In this document: positions 27,038 through 41,720 of the stretch, piece by piece
Position numbering within the stretch: the first letter of the stretch is position 1
Layout of the letters: each line of letters opens with the position of its first letter
Assembly (NCBI GenBank): GCA_964016885.1
Contig: OZ024742.1
Coordinates: forward strand, 362,514,001 to 362,578,000
Direction: 5' to 3'
Source of the DNA: Eledone cirrhosa
Lineage: Eukaryota
Length of the DNA stretch: 64,000 nt
The notes under the pieces: model-generated
The model's input: only the letters and a program-made list of their open reading frames with translations
Told to the model about the DNA's origin: nothing
Database searches by the model: none
Program-made: the position numbers and the translations under genes

Positions 27038-27741
27038 CGAAAACTATGTTTTGCACAATGTACAGATGGTGCTTATAGATAGATATACACGTGGCGTGGA
27101 GAAAGAGAGAAAGGGAGAGATAGATAGAAAGGAGAAGGGTGGAGAGAAGGGTGGATATGAAGAGAGAGAGAGTGATGGAGACAGGAAAAGGGGAAGAGGA
27201 GGAAATAGTGAGGTGTTAGTGGATTTAGAAAGAGAAAAAGGGGGATAGATAGCAGGAGAGAGAGGGGGTGAGAGAAGTAGATAAGGACATTGTTGAGAGA
27301 GAGAGAGGAAGAGGAAAATGTAGTGGTAGAGAAAGGGGGAGAGAGATAGGAGAGAGAGGGGAGAGAATGGCATGGGGAGAGTATTAGTGATGTATAGGGA
27401 GTGAAGTAGAGAGAAGTAGACAGAGAGATAAGGAGATAGGAGAGGGAGTGGGTGAGACGTGGAGAGAGAGAGAGAGAGAGAGAGTTGGGATTGTAGCGGT
27501 GAATGGAAGTGGTTGCACCAAAGATCGATTAATGTTATTGAAAATATATTAAGTAGGTCATTCCTCATCAAATTAACTAATATATCCTCAGAAATGGCGG
27601 AATGCTTCAGAGGTTCGATCTGTAACCTCATAGATTCTGGTTCGATCACATCACCTGGCACCTTAACCAAATGTCATTTACTATTGGCTGGAATTGACCA
27701 ATGAACTATTAGTAGAATTCGCTATATAGCAACGACATCAG

Positions 27742-27880
<139 letters not shown>

Positions 27881-28049
27881 ATGTGTGTGTGTGTATGTGT
27901 GTGTGTATTGGTATATATATATATTGGAAAATGTGTGAAATCCTTAATACAGTTAGGTACATTTTAAAAAAAGGAAAAGAATGACTTCATTTGTAGTTCT
28001 AAACAATTTGATTTAATATTATAATATTATAATATTATTTGTAGATCTA

Positions 28050-28240
28050 GGGCGGTGGATTGGCAGTATTGGTAGAGGGTCGGAGGCCATGCTTTCCAGC
28101 ATAGTTACGTCCCTTTACGATCTGAGTTCAAATGCCGCCGAGGTTGACTTTGCCTTTCATCCTTACGGGGTAGATAAAATAAAGTACCAGTAATGCACTG
28201 GTTTATTGCTGGCCTTGTGCCTAAAGTAGAAACAATTATT
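28050..28240 (+). mobile_element. tRNA-derived SINE, full length
   Basis: A-box-like tggcagtattggtag and B-box gagttcaaatgcc, then the shared body ttgactttgcctttcatcc...aaaataaagtaccag...ggccttgtgcctaaagtagaaac. Confidence 0.85.
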
Positions 28241-29405
28241 TGTAGATCTAGTAAGTCCTTTGTTAACTTCGGTGAGAAGATTTTTAAAGATTCCTGGTTA
28301 ACTTTCCTGGAGAACTTTCTCGCATTCTTCGGTGGCGATTGTCAAACTGAGATCAGGTTGTGTTGTGATGTGTGACTCTCTATATAAGAGATTTGGATGT
28401 GTCTGGGGGTGGGAGGATCCGCTAAGGTGAAACAATTGTTCTCGGTATGGTGAACTAACTGTTGTGTAACCACTTCTACCTAACTCGTCCCATGGACTGA
28501 GTGCTCTACCACTACGGATATCACCTTCCAGTGTTCTACCACCATATATATATATATATATATATATACTGTTTATGTATATGCGTTTGTGTGTGTGTAT
28601 ATATACTAAAATCATACACAAACACAAACTAATATCATGCACATACACACACATACACACACACACACAGACACACATCAGTCAGCTACCTCAAGCTGAC
28701 GGAGTGGCAGGGGCTCCGTCGTAAAGTAAGGTGTCTTGAGACACCATGTCTGAACACAACTGATTTCTTGTAGAGAAATATATATATATATATAGAGAGA
28801 GAGAGAGGCGGGGGGGGGCATATAGAGAGAGGTAGAGAGAGAGTGAGAGAGAGAGGGAGAGAGAGAGAGAGGGAAAGAGAGAGGGAGAAAGAGAGGGATT
28901 GGGAGAGGGGTGGTGGGAGATGTGAAAGAATGGTTGCCAGTATTAGGCTGGTACATTATTTATTGCCCTGGAAAGGATGAGAGGCAATGTTGTCATCAGT
29001 GGTATATTGACTCAGATCCTTGAGACAGCTTCAATCCAGCGAATCATTCTATCAGATGTTCTTACTTTTGGCCTAACACTTTATGTAGTACAAAAAAATA
29101 AATCGTTTTCAGATTTAACAACAATTATAGTTTAACTACGTCATCTCTCATATCTTTAGGCCCAGAAATGAATCAAAATATCCATAAATATTTACGAGGT
29201 GTGGCAAAAGCCATTACCTGTTTCGATGACTAGATGACGTTTAGAAATGCTTTACTGGTCTAATATATTTGTCGTAAAAGTACCCGACTTGGTATTTTTA
29301 CCATGGGAAGTAATTACGTTAGGGAAACAAACCTGTACGATTCCTATCTCAGACTGGCTGCTGAAGGTCCGATTTTACGGAGGAGCTGGGCTGTACGGAA
29401 TCTGA

Positions 29406-29525
29406 TGCGAAAAGGAAGCGGCCGGACAAGCCCCAGTATTTGCTTGTCTTCTTGTCCTCTATATTGCTGGCCGCGGTACCGGTGTTTATGGCCAAACCGA
29501 CTAAGTTGGAGGTGGAGAATGTGTC
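29406..29525 (-). pseudogene. Short relic resembling a CRE-clade RLE endonuclease region
   Basis: A frame not in the ORF track reads DTFSTSNLVGLAINTGTAASNIEDKKTSKYWGLSGRFLF, like the CRE pattern DT.A.S...AG.AA...E..K..KY..L...Y.F. Confidence 0.45.
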
Positions 29526-30097
29526 GCTCTCTGCGATAGACCACCTGTACCATTCAGCTGCAAATTTATGTGTTCAAATAAAAACTCCACCTGTTGTAAT
29601 TTGAACTTAAAAATAAATGTCCTAATTTTACATTTCTTATTAGAAAACGTATTAAAAATGAAAGAGTAATGCTTCTTAAATTAATGATTTTTATGAATTA
29701 GGTATGGAAGTTTATTGAAGTAGATTTAAGTGTTTTATATTGAATGCACTTAGTCTTGGTAAGTGGATGTTATTGATATCAATGAGTATGAAATATACAC
29801 AACGGAATTCATTCATATAGATAGATGTTGAGAGAGAGAGTGAGAGAGAGAGGGGGAGAGGAGGGGAGAGGAGGGGGTGGATGAAAGAGCAGGAGAACAC
29901 AAGTCAGTGAAAGAGACAGGGAGGGAGAAGGAGGGTGAGCGAAGGAAAAGGAAATAGAAAGAAATAGAAAGAGATGAATATATATATGTTGAATATATAT
30001 ATATATATGCGTGTGCGTGTGTATATATATATATAATATATATATATAAATATACACATACATATATAAATACATAAACACACACCCACACACACAA

Positions 30098-30180
<83 letters not shown>

Positions 30181-30186
<6 letters not shown>

Positions 30187-30585
30187 TAAACGGAATAGAA
30201 AATGCTGACAAATTGTTCACAGTTGAAAAATGAAAAATGGTTTAATTAGGAATAAAAGAGTATTAGTGATTGTATGGGTTAGTATTCAGTTGTGGTTTTA
30301 AGTTTTTAAGTTTTTACCGGTTGCGCATTTCTAAATGCTTTTCGAAAATAATTTTGAGATAGAGTGTCCGTGCTGTTTGCTCAGATCAGAGCAAACAGCA
30401 CGGACACTCTATCTCAAAATTATTTTCGAAAAGCATTTAGAAATGCGCAACCGGTAAAAACTTAAAAACTTAAAACCACAACTGAATACTAACCCATACA
30501 ATCACTAATACTCTTTTATTCCTAATTAAACCATTTTTCAACTGTGAACAATTTGTCAGCATTTTCTATTCCGTTTACCAATATA
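30181..30585. repeat. Near-perfect ~200-bp-arm palindrome with 6-nt spacer (30383-30388), next to (TA)n
   Basis: ...gtgtccgtgctgtttgctc agatca gagcaaacagcacggacac...; arms differ by one 8-bp duplication. Confidence 0.95.
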
Positions 30586-31053
30586 TAATAACTTGTGTGT
30601 TACACCTCTATTCTTTTAACTATATATATATATATATATAAATTTAACTCTAACACAAACGATATTCAAAGAGAAAAAAAAAGAATAAATAAACGTCCAC
30701 TAGGAAGAAAATCTTCGAATCCCCAAACGGATCCACCACCTTCATAATGGATAGTTAATCCGAAATATGTTGGGACTATTAAATTGTTAATATAAATTTG
30801 CGCCTTTCTTTCTTTTATTTTATTTTTCCTTCATCCAGATTTGCTTTCCACATCACTCAGTCAATTCCCTTCGGATTTGTTACCTTGGTAAACTAAGATA
30901 CTTGCATTGTACGGCTTACTAAACACACATATCCACTTCTCCGTTGTATTTACCACAATGCTTCAAGCAAACTATTACATCATATATATTTGTGGGTGTG
31001 TTTTATATATGTTCTTGTATGTTAGTGTGTGTGCGTGTTTGTAGGAGTGAATA

Positions 31054-31119
<66 letters not shown>

Positions 31120-31726
31120 CGTGCGTGCGCGCGCATTTCTGTGTACGTGTTTATATTCGAAATATTGAATGTGTACTCACTTATTGTATAAAACCATATC
31201 AGGGAGCCAAAGCTTATTGCAGGGTATTCTTAATGCTGTGATATTGTGAAAGTCTATTGGATCCCACATCAAAAAATCATCTTCCCATGCCTGCAAAGAT
31301 AAGGACAAAAATATAAATAACCAATAACAAAAAACAAAACAACAAAAAAAAATGATCTCTTATCTAATCACTTTATTTATATTTGTTCTTCTCATTTTTT
31401 TTTTGTCATCTCTGAAAAGTTTCTTCTTTATGGTAAGCATTCGTTTTAACATTTCGTTGGTTATATTTCTAATGTAATACACTGTTTCAATTAATTAACG
31501 AAGTAATTATAGGGATTAACTAAAACAATTAAGTATTATTTCGTAACATTTCAAATAATACCTAAAAAATAGCTCATATAAAATTATGTTGACAAAGTGT
31601 AATTTAGTAACAAACACGTTAGATCGTTCAGACAACGTCCATTCAATTCTGTTCTACTAACTCTATCTAAATGCGTTAAAAACATGATAGTTGAAATAAT
31701 TTACTTAGTTCATACTTAGGTGGCAG

Positions 31727-31798
<72 letters not shown>

Positions 31799-31825
31799 TA
31801 TATATATATATATAAATAAATATAT

Positions 31826-31862
<37 letters not shown>

Positions 31863-31896
31863 TTTTTCTGGACTTTTCCGACGGAATTACTTCATT

Positions 31897-31945
<49 letters not shown>

Positions 31946-31952
31946 TCACTCA

Positions 31953-31991
<39 letters not shown>

Positions 31992-32012
31992 ACACACACA
32001 CACACACACACT

Positions 32013-32427
<415 letters not shown>

Positions 32428-32488
32428 AATATATTCTATAAATTAATGTTAGAGAATACAATACCGAATTCTTGAACAAATATATTTA

Positions 32489-32617
32489 TTGGTTTACAAT
32501 TGTTTCAGAAATCATAACAGATTTCAGTTAATAAAAATGAAAATTATCGATTATATAATCGATAAGAACAGATGATAAGTTAACTGAACTAAGGAATGAT
32601 TTCATCTTCAGAACCAA
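32489..32617 (-). ncRNA. Type I hammerhead with ~100-nt stem II
   Basis: Minus strand: ttggtt-CUGAAGA-u gaaatcat...atgatttc u-GAAA-caattg-UA-aaccaa. Confidence 0.75.
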
Positions 32618-32892
32618 AAAGAAAATGAACATGAAATTCAAAAGTTCGTCACTGCAGGTAGAGACTACATGAAATGTAAAAAGCAAAGTATACCACTCGT
32701 CATAGGAAGGGCGGAAACAGAATTAAAATACATTTTAAATTCATGGCTTTCGGACGGCTGATTTCGGGCAGTTCCTGGAGTATTAATAATGAAAGAATGA
32801 AGAATAACACGAATAAGCAATACAGTAGGGTTTAGTCCAAGCATGAATTAAGCCCTACTGTATAGCTTATCCATGTTGTTCTTCATTCTTTC

Positions 32893-32934
<42 letters not shown>

Positions 32935-32936
<2 letters not shown>

Positions 32937-35650
32937 ATAAAAACAATGAATAAAAACAAAGAAACAGTTCCTTATATTAAAAAATTCATCATTTTACGAT
33001 CATTTCTAGGATATATATGTATGTGTTGGTATGTATATCATATAGATCTATGTAAAAAGTTTAAAAACTATCAGAGGGAGGGAATATACATACCTACACA
33101 TATATATGCTGTCTTCAGAAATAATGATATTTGTTTATTGAAAAAAAACAACAAAGATTTAATATAATATGTCTGTTTGGGAACAGGTTTTGAATTGACC
33201 AATAGAAAAGTAGTAAGTAGTCAAGTTGATAGAATAGTAGTAGTAGACATTTAATTTATGGGTAGAGGAATGCAGACTTCAGTTTTGAATGGAAATAATA
33301 TTTTGAATGAAAAGATTACTTTGGGGATGAAAAGAGGTCAAGCCGGTGAAAGGTACACGAAAATTTGATGTTATTAACGAATAATGCTAATGTTAAAATC
33401 GAAGGAGAATACAATTTTAGGATAAATGTGTTTGTTAGAAATACCAATATTATTTAAAACATAAGGAATTTAGATCTATAAAAGAAATTAAATTAATTTA
33501 ATTGATAGGTATACTTATAGGGATAACTTTATATTAATTCATATAGATGTGATAAACAAGAGTTAGATGTTATTAAAGAATGTTGTTAAAAGCGAAGGAA
33601 AAATAATTTTTGGGGGTATAAATGTATTAGTGAGAAATAACAAACTTATATAGATTACAAGGAATGTAGATTCATAACAGGAAATTAAAATAGATTATAT
33701 GTATACTTATAGGTATTAATTTCAGGAAAGGATAGCTGTAAAAGGGAAATAAAATTATGAAGTTCTCAGTAGTAAAATACTAATTATAGGTTAACTAAAT
33801 TAAAAAAACAAATTATAATAATTTGTAAAATATAAGTGTATATTAATTAGGTTAATAATTGTTTCTACGTTTGGCACGAGGCCAGAAATTAACCAGTACA
33901 TTACTGGTACTTTATTTTAGGTTAATAATATTTGAAAGTTCTTTTAATTCTTTAATTGCACGATATAATTAATTCTTGTCGCTTATTTAATAGGATATCC
34001 TTAGATTTCATTATTTCAAAAAGTTCCTGGGAACATAATCTACACTCATATCTGTTATTTTGATAAGGGGTGGGCCTTTTGAGCACACTCCAGGTCAGGT
34101 TATAATCGTTATGCTTTTTTCTATAATTATTAATTATTTCAGCCAAGGATGTTGTATTAGCTAATGCGGCATTTTATAAACTGTGTTTGTGGGTATTAAA
34201 TCTTACTTTAAATTGGTTAGAAGTAGCTCCTATATATGAATAAGTTGAGTCCTTAGTGCTAATTTTACATTTATATACTATGTTATTAATAAGACAATTT
34301 CCTTTTAATGGGCAATTTGCTTTATTTCTACAGTTACAACCTTTCGTGAATATTATATCAGGGGAGTTAGTCAAATTAGGTGTGGAATTTACTCGACTTG
34401 TTGTATGTGAAGGAGATGGTGGTTTGCTGTGGTTTATTTTAGTATTATGGTTAGTTTGATGTGTTGGTAGTATATTCATGTTTTTTTTTACATTTATATG
34501 CATTGTAGGCACTTATATTTTGTTGTATATTTTTGGTAGTGGAGTAGGAGAATTTGACCGTTGATCTATTTAAAATTTGATAGTATTTATGGTTTGGCGG
34601 GAAGTTTTTCTCTAGGATAGTAAACATTTTTTTAGGGATATTATCTTTAATTTGTAGATTAAATGGAGCATTATACCAAGTAACTCGTCTATTACGGTTT
34701 CGATGCTGTTTTTTATTTTTATACGATGTATCCTGATGTTTACTAAGAGAGTTAGTATTAGTGAATTTATTATACATATGTTTAGTTAGATTCACTGATT
34801 TTGGTGTTTTAGCCTGATTATTAGGAATTTTGTTAGTAATGTTATTAACATATATTAGAGTATTAGGATGAATGGTTTTTTGAAAGTTATTATATTGTAT
34901 GTGAGAAGAGGTAGAGAAATTAAGTTTTAAGTTGGTATTTTGGGGGTATAGTGTGAGTGGCATTAGGTGTGTATTTTTCATTTGGTGTTTGTTGGTAATA
35001 TTGGGTTGTATGTTTGTAGTATTATTGGTACAAGGTATATATACTAATTTGTTTTTGTGGCCGCTTCTAGCTAAAGCTTCGTTATAAAAGGTCGCATTTT
35101 TATCGAATACATCCTGGTTAGATGAAAGGTTAGACATTCTGAGTGAGATATTATATGCTAGGTTTTTAAGGATAGATCTAGGGTGATTGGATTGTGAGTG
35201 TATGTAATGTAAGTTTTGGTTAGGTTTATGGTAAGGTTGGTAGATACCCGTAGATAAGTCTAAATTTATATCAAGGAAATTAACTACTTTACTGGTGTTT
35301 TCAAATGTAATAGTGAGACTATAATAGTTTTTGAGGAAAGTTCTAATAAGTATTTTATTTTTTTAAATTTCTGATAGGCTAAGGTTAGTGGAAAGAAGAA
35401 GACAGTCATCACGATATAAACCACCTTTAAGGTGTGGAAAAGAAGCATTTATGTTAAATAGAAGAAAGAGAGGCCCACAAGATCTGTAATTTGGGCAGAA
35501 TCACTAGAGCCCATAGTAATGTCGAATAGATTACTATATGTATTTCTGGTCCAGTATTCCTTCTTAAATTCCAGTAGTGTTTGTCTAGCGTGCTTGATAA
35601 TATTAATGTCATCCATAGTTAAGTTTGATCTATTATTAGCAAATATCATG
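32935..35650 (-). mobile_element. Penelope-like element (CxCx5C/Hydra type), inverted 5'-truncated copy, frameshifted
   Basis: RT piece FDITMGSSDSAQITDLVG; GIY-YIG CNCRNKANCPLKGNCL..IVYKC..YIGATSNQFKVRFNTH; reverse complement of ~35860-38470. Confidence 0.88.
32987..33126 (-). ncRNA. pLTR hammerhead, long stem II; stem III mutated to tgatcg
   Basis: cattattt-CUGAAGA-cag...cta-GAAA-tgatcg-UA-aaatgatg. Confidence 0.6.
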
Positions 35651-38600
35651 CCCTTCCAAATCTGACATTGGCATCATTAGTAAAAAAATGTTAGATAGAG
35701 GTATCCCACAATTAAGAAAACATGTTAATTTACCACTCTGGGAAAACACATCCCAGGTAATTAACTTGTTTACAAATATTAGAAATAAATCATCTGCTTC
35801 ATTTCTACAATTCAATATAGATGCTTATTATCCCTCTATATCACCCATACTCCTGAACAAAGCCTTGATATTTGCTAAAAATAGATCAAACTTAACTATG
35901 GATGACATTAATATTATCACGCACGCTAGACAAACACAACAGGAATTTCAGAAGGAATACTGGACCAGAAATACATATAGTAATTTATTCGACATTACTA
36001 TGGGCTCTAGTGATTCTGCCCAAATTACAGATCTTGTGGGCCTCTTTCTTCTATTTAACATGAATGCTTCTTTTCCCCACCTTAAAGGTGGTTTATATCG
36101 TGATGACTGTCTTATTGTTTCCACTAACCTTAGCCTATCAGAAAAAAAAGAAACTTATTAGAACTTTCCTCAAAAACTATTATAGTCTCACTATTACATT
36201 TGAAAACACCAGTAAAGTAGTTAATTTCCTAGATATACTTTAGAATAATCTACGGGTATCTACCAACCTTACCATAAACCTAACCAAAACTTACATTACA
36301 TACACTCACAATCCAATCACCCTAAATCTATCCTTAAAAACCTAGCATATAATATCTCACTCAGAATTTCTAACCTTTCATCTAACCAGGATGTATTCGA
36401 TAAAAAATGCGACCTTTTATAACGAAGCTTTAGCTAGAAACGGCCACAAAAGCAAATTAGTATATATACCTTGTACCAATAATACTACAAACATACAACC
36501 CAATATTACCAACAAACACCAAATGAAAAATACACACCTAAATGCCACTCACACTATACCCAAAAATATCAACTTAAAACTTAATTTCTCTACCTCTTCT
36601 CACAGAAAATATAATAACTTTCAAAAAACCATTCATCCTAATACTACAATATATGTTAATAACATTACTAACAAAATTCCTAATAATCACGCTAAAACAC
36701 CTAAATCAGTGAATCTAACTAAACATATGTATAATAAATTTGCTAATACTAACTCTCTTAGTAAACATCAGGATACATCGTATAAAAATAAAAAAACAAC
36801 ATCAAAACCGTAATAGACGAGTTACTTGGTATAATGCTCCATTTAATCTACAAATTAAAGATAATATCCCTAAAAAAATGTTTACTACGCTAGAGAAAAA
36901 CTTCCCGCCAAACCATAAATACCATCAAATTTTAAATAGATCAACGGTCAAATTCTCCTACTCCATTACCAAAAATATACAACAAAATATAAGTGCCTAC
37001 AATGCATATAAATGTAAAAAAAACACATGAATATACCACCAACACATCAAACTAACCATAATACTAAAATAAACCACAGCAAACCACCATCTCCTTCACA
37101 TACAACAAGTCGTGTAAATTCCACACCTAATTTGACTAACTCCCCTGATATAATATTCACGAAAGGTTGTAACTGTATAAACAAAGCAAATTGCCCATTA
37201 AAAGGAATTGCCTTATTAATAACATAGTATATAAATGTAAAATTAGCACTAAAGACTCAACTTATTCATATATAGGAGCTACTTCTAACCAATTTAAAGT
37301 AAGATTTAATACGCACAAACACAGTTTACGAAATGCCGCATTTTCTAATACAACATCCTTGGCTGAAATAATTAATAATTATAGAAAAAAGCATATCGAG
37401 TATAACCTGACATGGAGTGTGCTCAAAAGGGCCACCCCTTATCAAAATAATAGATATGAGTGTAGATTATGTTCCCAGGAACTTTTTGAAATAATGAAAT
37501 CTTTAAGGATATCCTATTAAATAAGCGACAAGAATTAATTATATCGTGCAATCATAGAATTAGAAGAACTTTCAAATATTACAAACCTAATTAATATACA
37601 CTTATATTTTCCAAATTATTATAATCTGTTTTTTTAATTTAGTTAACCTATAATTAGTATTTTACTACTGAGAACTTCATAATTTTATTTCCCTTTTACA
37701 GCTATCTCTTCCTAAAATTAATACCTATAAGTATACATATAAACTATTTTAATTCCTGTTATGAATCTTAATTCCTTGTAATCTATATAAGTTTGTTATT
37801 TCTCACTAATACATTTATACCCCAAAAAATTATTTTTCCTTCGCTTTTAACAACATTCTTTAATAACATCTAACTCTTATTTATCACATCTATATGCATT
37901 AATATAAATATATCCTTATAAGTATACCTATCAATTAAATTAATTTAATTTCTTTTTATAGATCTAAATTCTTTATGTTTTAAATAATATTGGTATTTCT
38001 AACTAACACATTTATCCTAAAATTGTATTCTCCTTCGATTTTAAACTTAGCATTATTCTTTAATAACATCAAATTTTCGTCTACCTTTCACCGGCTTGAC
38101 CTCTTTTCATCCCCAAAGTAATCTTTTTATTCAAAATATTCTTTCCATTCAAAACTGAAGTCTGCATTCCTCTACCCATAAATTAAATTTCTACTACTAC
38201 TATTCTATCAACTTGACCACTTACTACTTTTCTATTGGTCAATTCAAAACCTGTTCCCTGTTTGTTGGTTTTTGTTCAATAAACAAATATCATTATTTCT
38301 GAAGACACATATATATGTGTAGGTATGTATATTCCCTCTGATAGTTTGTAAAATATTTAGATAGATCTATATGATATACATACCGACACACACATATATA
38401 TCCTAGAAACGATCGTAAAATGATGAATTTTTTAATATAAGGAACTATTTCTTTGTTTTTATTCATTGTTTTTATTAATTTATCTTTACTGTTTTCCTGT
38501 GATTTTCATCGAAAACATTTTTGAATACATCTTCTCTTTTTATGATATTTGGATTACATTGAGTTCTTCATACGGATTGGACACTACCGTATATTTTGGT
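35651..38600 (+). mobile_element. Penelope-like element (CxCx5C/Hydra type): 5'-truncated RT, GIY-YIG, long AT-rich 3' region and pLTR; frameshifted
   Basis: PSKSDIGIISKKMLD, FLQFNIDAYYPSI, FDITMGSSD, GLYRDD, SNHPKSI, WYNAPF, CxCx5C, YIGAT, CRLC..E; ends at a microsatellite. Confidence 0.9.
38291..38425 (+). ncRNA. pLTR hammerhead, long stem II
   Basis: cattattt-CUGAAGA-...ggtatgtatat/atatacatacc...-GAAA-cgatcg-UA-aaatgatg. Confidence 0.72.
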
Positions 38601-38620
38601 AGATTTATCTACACACACAG

Positions 38621-38762
<142 letters not shown>

Positions 38763-38807
38763 GGGGTAACAAATAATAGTTATATGCAGTCCACTTAGGT
38801 GTATGCA

Positions 38808-38915
38808 TGCTCCGAAGAACTGACTGGTTATAATTTTGTATTGGCGATCGAGTAACGTGAAAACAAGCGAATAGCGATCTCTAGACCTACCAGTTCAGAG
38901 AAACCATTGTCAGCA
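38808..38915 (+). ncRNA. Degenerate long-stem-II hammerhead in a ~210-bp island within (TA)n
   Basis: tgct-CCGAAGA-a ctgactgg...ccagttcag a-GAAA-ccattg-UC-agca. Confidence 0.55.
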
Positions 38916-38967
38916 ATGAGATTAAAAACCTTTTTTGTATAGCAAACCATGTCAATCTTCTTTCCTG

Positions 38968-39048
<81 letters not shown>

Positions 39049-39060
39049 CATATACATACT

Positions 39061-39114
<54 letters not shown>

Positions 39115-39470
39115 ATAATAATAAATTTGAAGACTAAAATCCAAAGAGGGCTCGATAAGGATAAATATATATCAAATATATAACCGTAGAGCAAATATTT
39201 ATTAAAATAACATTAAAGTTTAAGCAAAGAATCGCTGCTTTCACCCTTAACGGGATCTTCTGAAACTAACAAAGTCAATCTGTAAACGCAGAAGTGGATA
39301 TTTCAAAAAACGCCGCAAACGGCGGAAGACAGAAAGACGATACTTTGGTTCGTGGAAACGTTCGCTGGCAGAGAACGGGGAAAAAAACGAATATAATACG
39401 TTATTAATAGGAGCGGGGAAAAACAATTACGCGCAAATACAGAACCACGTATATGGTATAAAAGAGGTCG

Positions 39471-39501
<31 letters not shown>

Positions 39502-41319
39502 GAGAGAGAGAGAGAGAGATTTACAAAAGAAAAAAAACATTTAAAACACCACATTCCAGAAGAGTGACGTCATCATTTGTTGCATAAGACTGTGACACTT
39601 GTTTTTTGTATCTGTTATATCAAAGGTCTAATTTTGATTCTTTCAATCAAATTTAATAAAATTTTCTGTCACGCTCCAACTTTCCCAATAACGCATATAG
39701 TGTAGTTGTACATTTTCAAAGTTGTTGATTATAATTATGTTTACTGTATTACTGTATCACGTGTTCCAGCCGACAAGAGGGCGTCTTGTACTCTCAGTCG
39801 CTTTACTACCCGAAACCAGGATAAACACTGGCCTGACGAGCCTCGTGCCTTCATACAGACTTTAGACTAGACTTTAGAGATAATCGAGGGAATCTGCACA
39901 AAACCACCCATTGAAATCATCCAAATTATCTTAAACCACACCCTTACAATGATGATTTTTAATCTAGACACATGATCAGCAGCTTTATATTTGATGGAGA
40001 GACAAAGTCTATCGAAACAACCCTAGTCTTGGCAGCTACATTATTCTTTCGGCCACAGAGGAATGAAATACAAAAACCTTTTTCTGATTTTAACTCTGAC
40101 CGTAAAGAATAGGAACGAATGACACTGTTTTTGTCAGACTCTCTAACGATTCTGCCTCCCCACAGCCCTCTTAAAGTAATGGAGACACGGAATAATACTG
40201 CTGTTGATACACAAGAAGATGAGTCGTGTCTGACCTGGGCGAAAAATCTCTCACAATATAGTCTTCTTTCGTGGAATTGTGTTGCTAGACTAAATTCTTC
40301 TTTTGTTGTTAAAAACTGGCATAGCAAGAAATAATCGATGATATTATTGTGAAACGAATGCGGTATTGAATGCAAATACTTCGTTATATGAGAATGTTTA
40401 TAAGAGTCGGAGACCTTGTTGTGAATTCTTTGTTATTCAAGTCTCTGAACTACTTTCAATCTTCATTCTGAATTAATGCAGTTATATTGTTAATACTTAT
40501 CTTCTCCCAACTTACCTGGACGAATGGTTAAAAAACAACAACAACAACGAGGAATACATTGCATTGAATTGGTCTATATCAGAGCTTCTCAAATAATTTA
40601 TTTAATAAACACTTTGTGATAAAATTGAATTTCTACTCCTGCCGTAACAAATCAATCGAAGATACATTTACAATGCATACCTAATTTAGGAGTGTTTAAT
40701 AGAACGTTGTTAAGAAGATAATCTATAAACTATAAATATAGAAACACTTGTCATGGTTGAATTATTGAATGGGGAGAGGAGTTTGCTGGGCATAGAGGAG
40801 ATCGAAATTATTAAGTTGCAGTTTTAGTTTAAAATTTTAATGTTTTTAAAATGTTTTGTTTTATGAATATGATTACATCATGGTGTTTTCTCTCAAAGGT
40901 AGATCGTTTGTTCGTTTAAATAGGTCTGTTTTGAATGGCTCCATAATATCCACCATATCAAATATGACATCCTGTTAGGGGTACAATATCTGGTAGGGAG
41001 TTAAATTAATCTAGGGATTGTTTTTCTCTCGTTATAAAGGGGTTAATAAGTGCTAATTCAGTCTCTGATGAACCCTAAGTTTGATCTACACTGAGAAAAT
41101 AAAATTCACCTCTATGGGTTTATATGGATTATTTGAAACGTTCTGGTCGATATATTATGTGTATTAATTTCTATTGATCTTGAGAGAAGGGGATGATTAA
41201 TGTTGATCTTTTCAGGAATTGAGCGGAGAACTACGGGACTTTCTAAGAATCGAACTTACCCAGTTTAAATATCGTTTCTGTATGTCATATAGTAGTATCA
41301 TTATTTTTGTGTATTTGTG

Positions 41320-41720
41320 AAAGTGGTTGAATTAGAGGTTACGGTGTTCAGTTTACGTCTGTGAGGTTGTGAGTTCGATTCTTGACACCACGTTGTGTCC
41401 TTCAGTAAGACTACATATTTCATGATGCTGCTGTCCATTCAGCTGACAAAGGTGATTCAAGTGGCCAGTCTCTTCAGACACTGTATCACACTGACTCTCT
41501 GAGATTTACGTTAAGGGGAAACGTGTCTGTGAATGCTCAGCCACTTACACTATATTACAAGATGGCTAGCCTTGTCACTCGTTGTGTTACGCTGAATCTC
41601 TCTGTGGTTTAGGTTAGAGCTGTACATGCGTGTGAAACTCTCTACCAATCATACAATAATTTCTCGAGCAGGCTGTACCATTGATCGAACAACTGGAACA
41701 CTCATAGTTGAAAACGATGG
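41320..41720 (+). mobile_element. Old tRNA-derived SINE of a second family with a CORE/Meta-like central motif
   Basis: B-box gagttcgattct followed by gttgtgtccttcagtaagac...ccattcagctg. Confidence 0.55.

Noticed and set aside
28420-28445. GAAA-caattg-UU as an HHR half
   Set aside because: No upstream CUGANGA found
39959-40375. 138-aa ORF with AKTRV, faintly like BEL/Pao RNase H
   Set aside because: Similarity too short; no other LTR-element motifs
41060-41152. ctgatga...gaaacgttctggtc as a hammerhead
   Set aside because: Stems I and III do not pair convincingly
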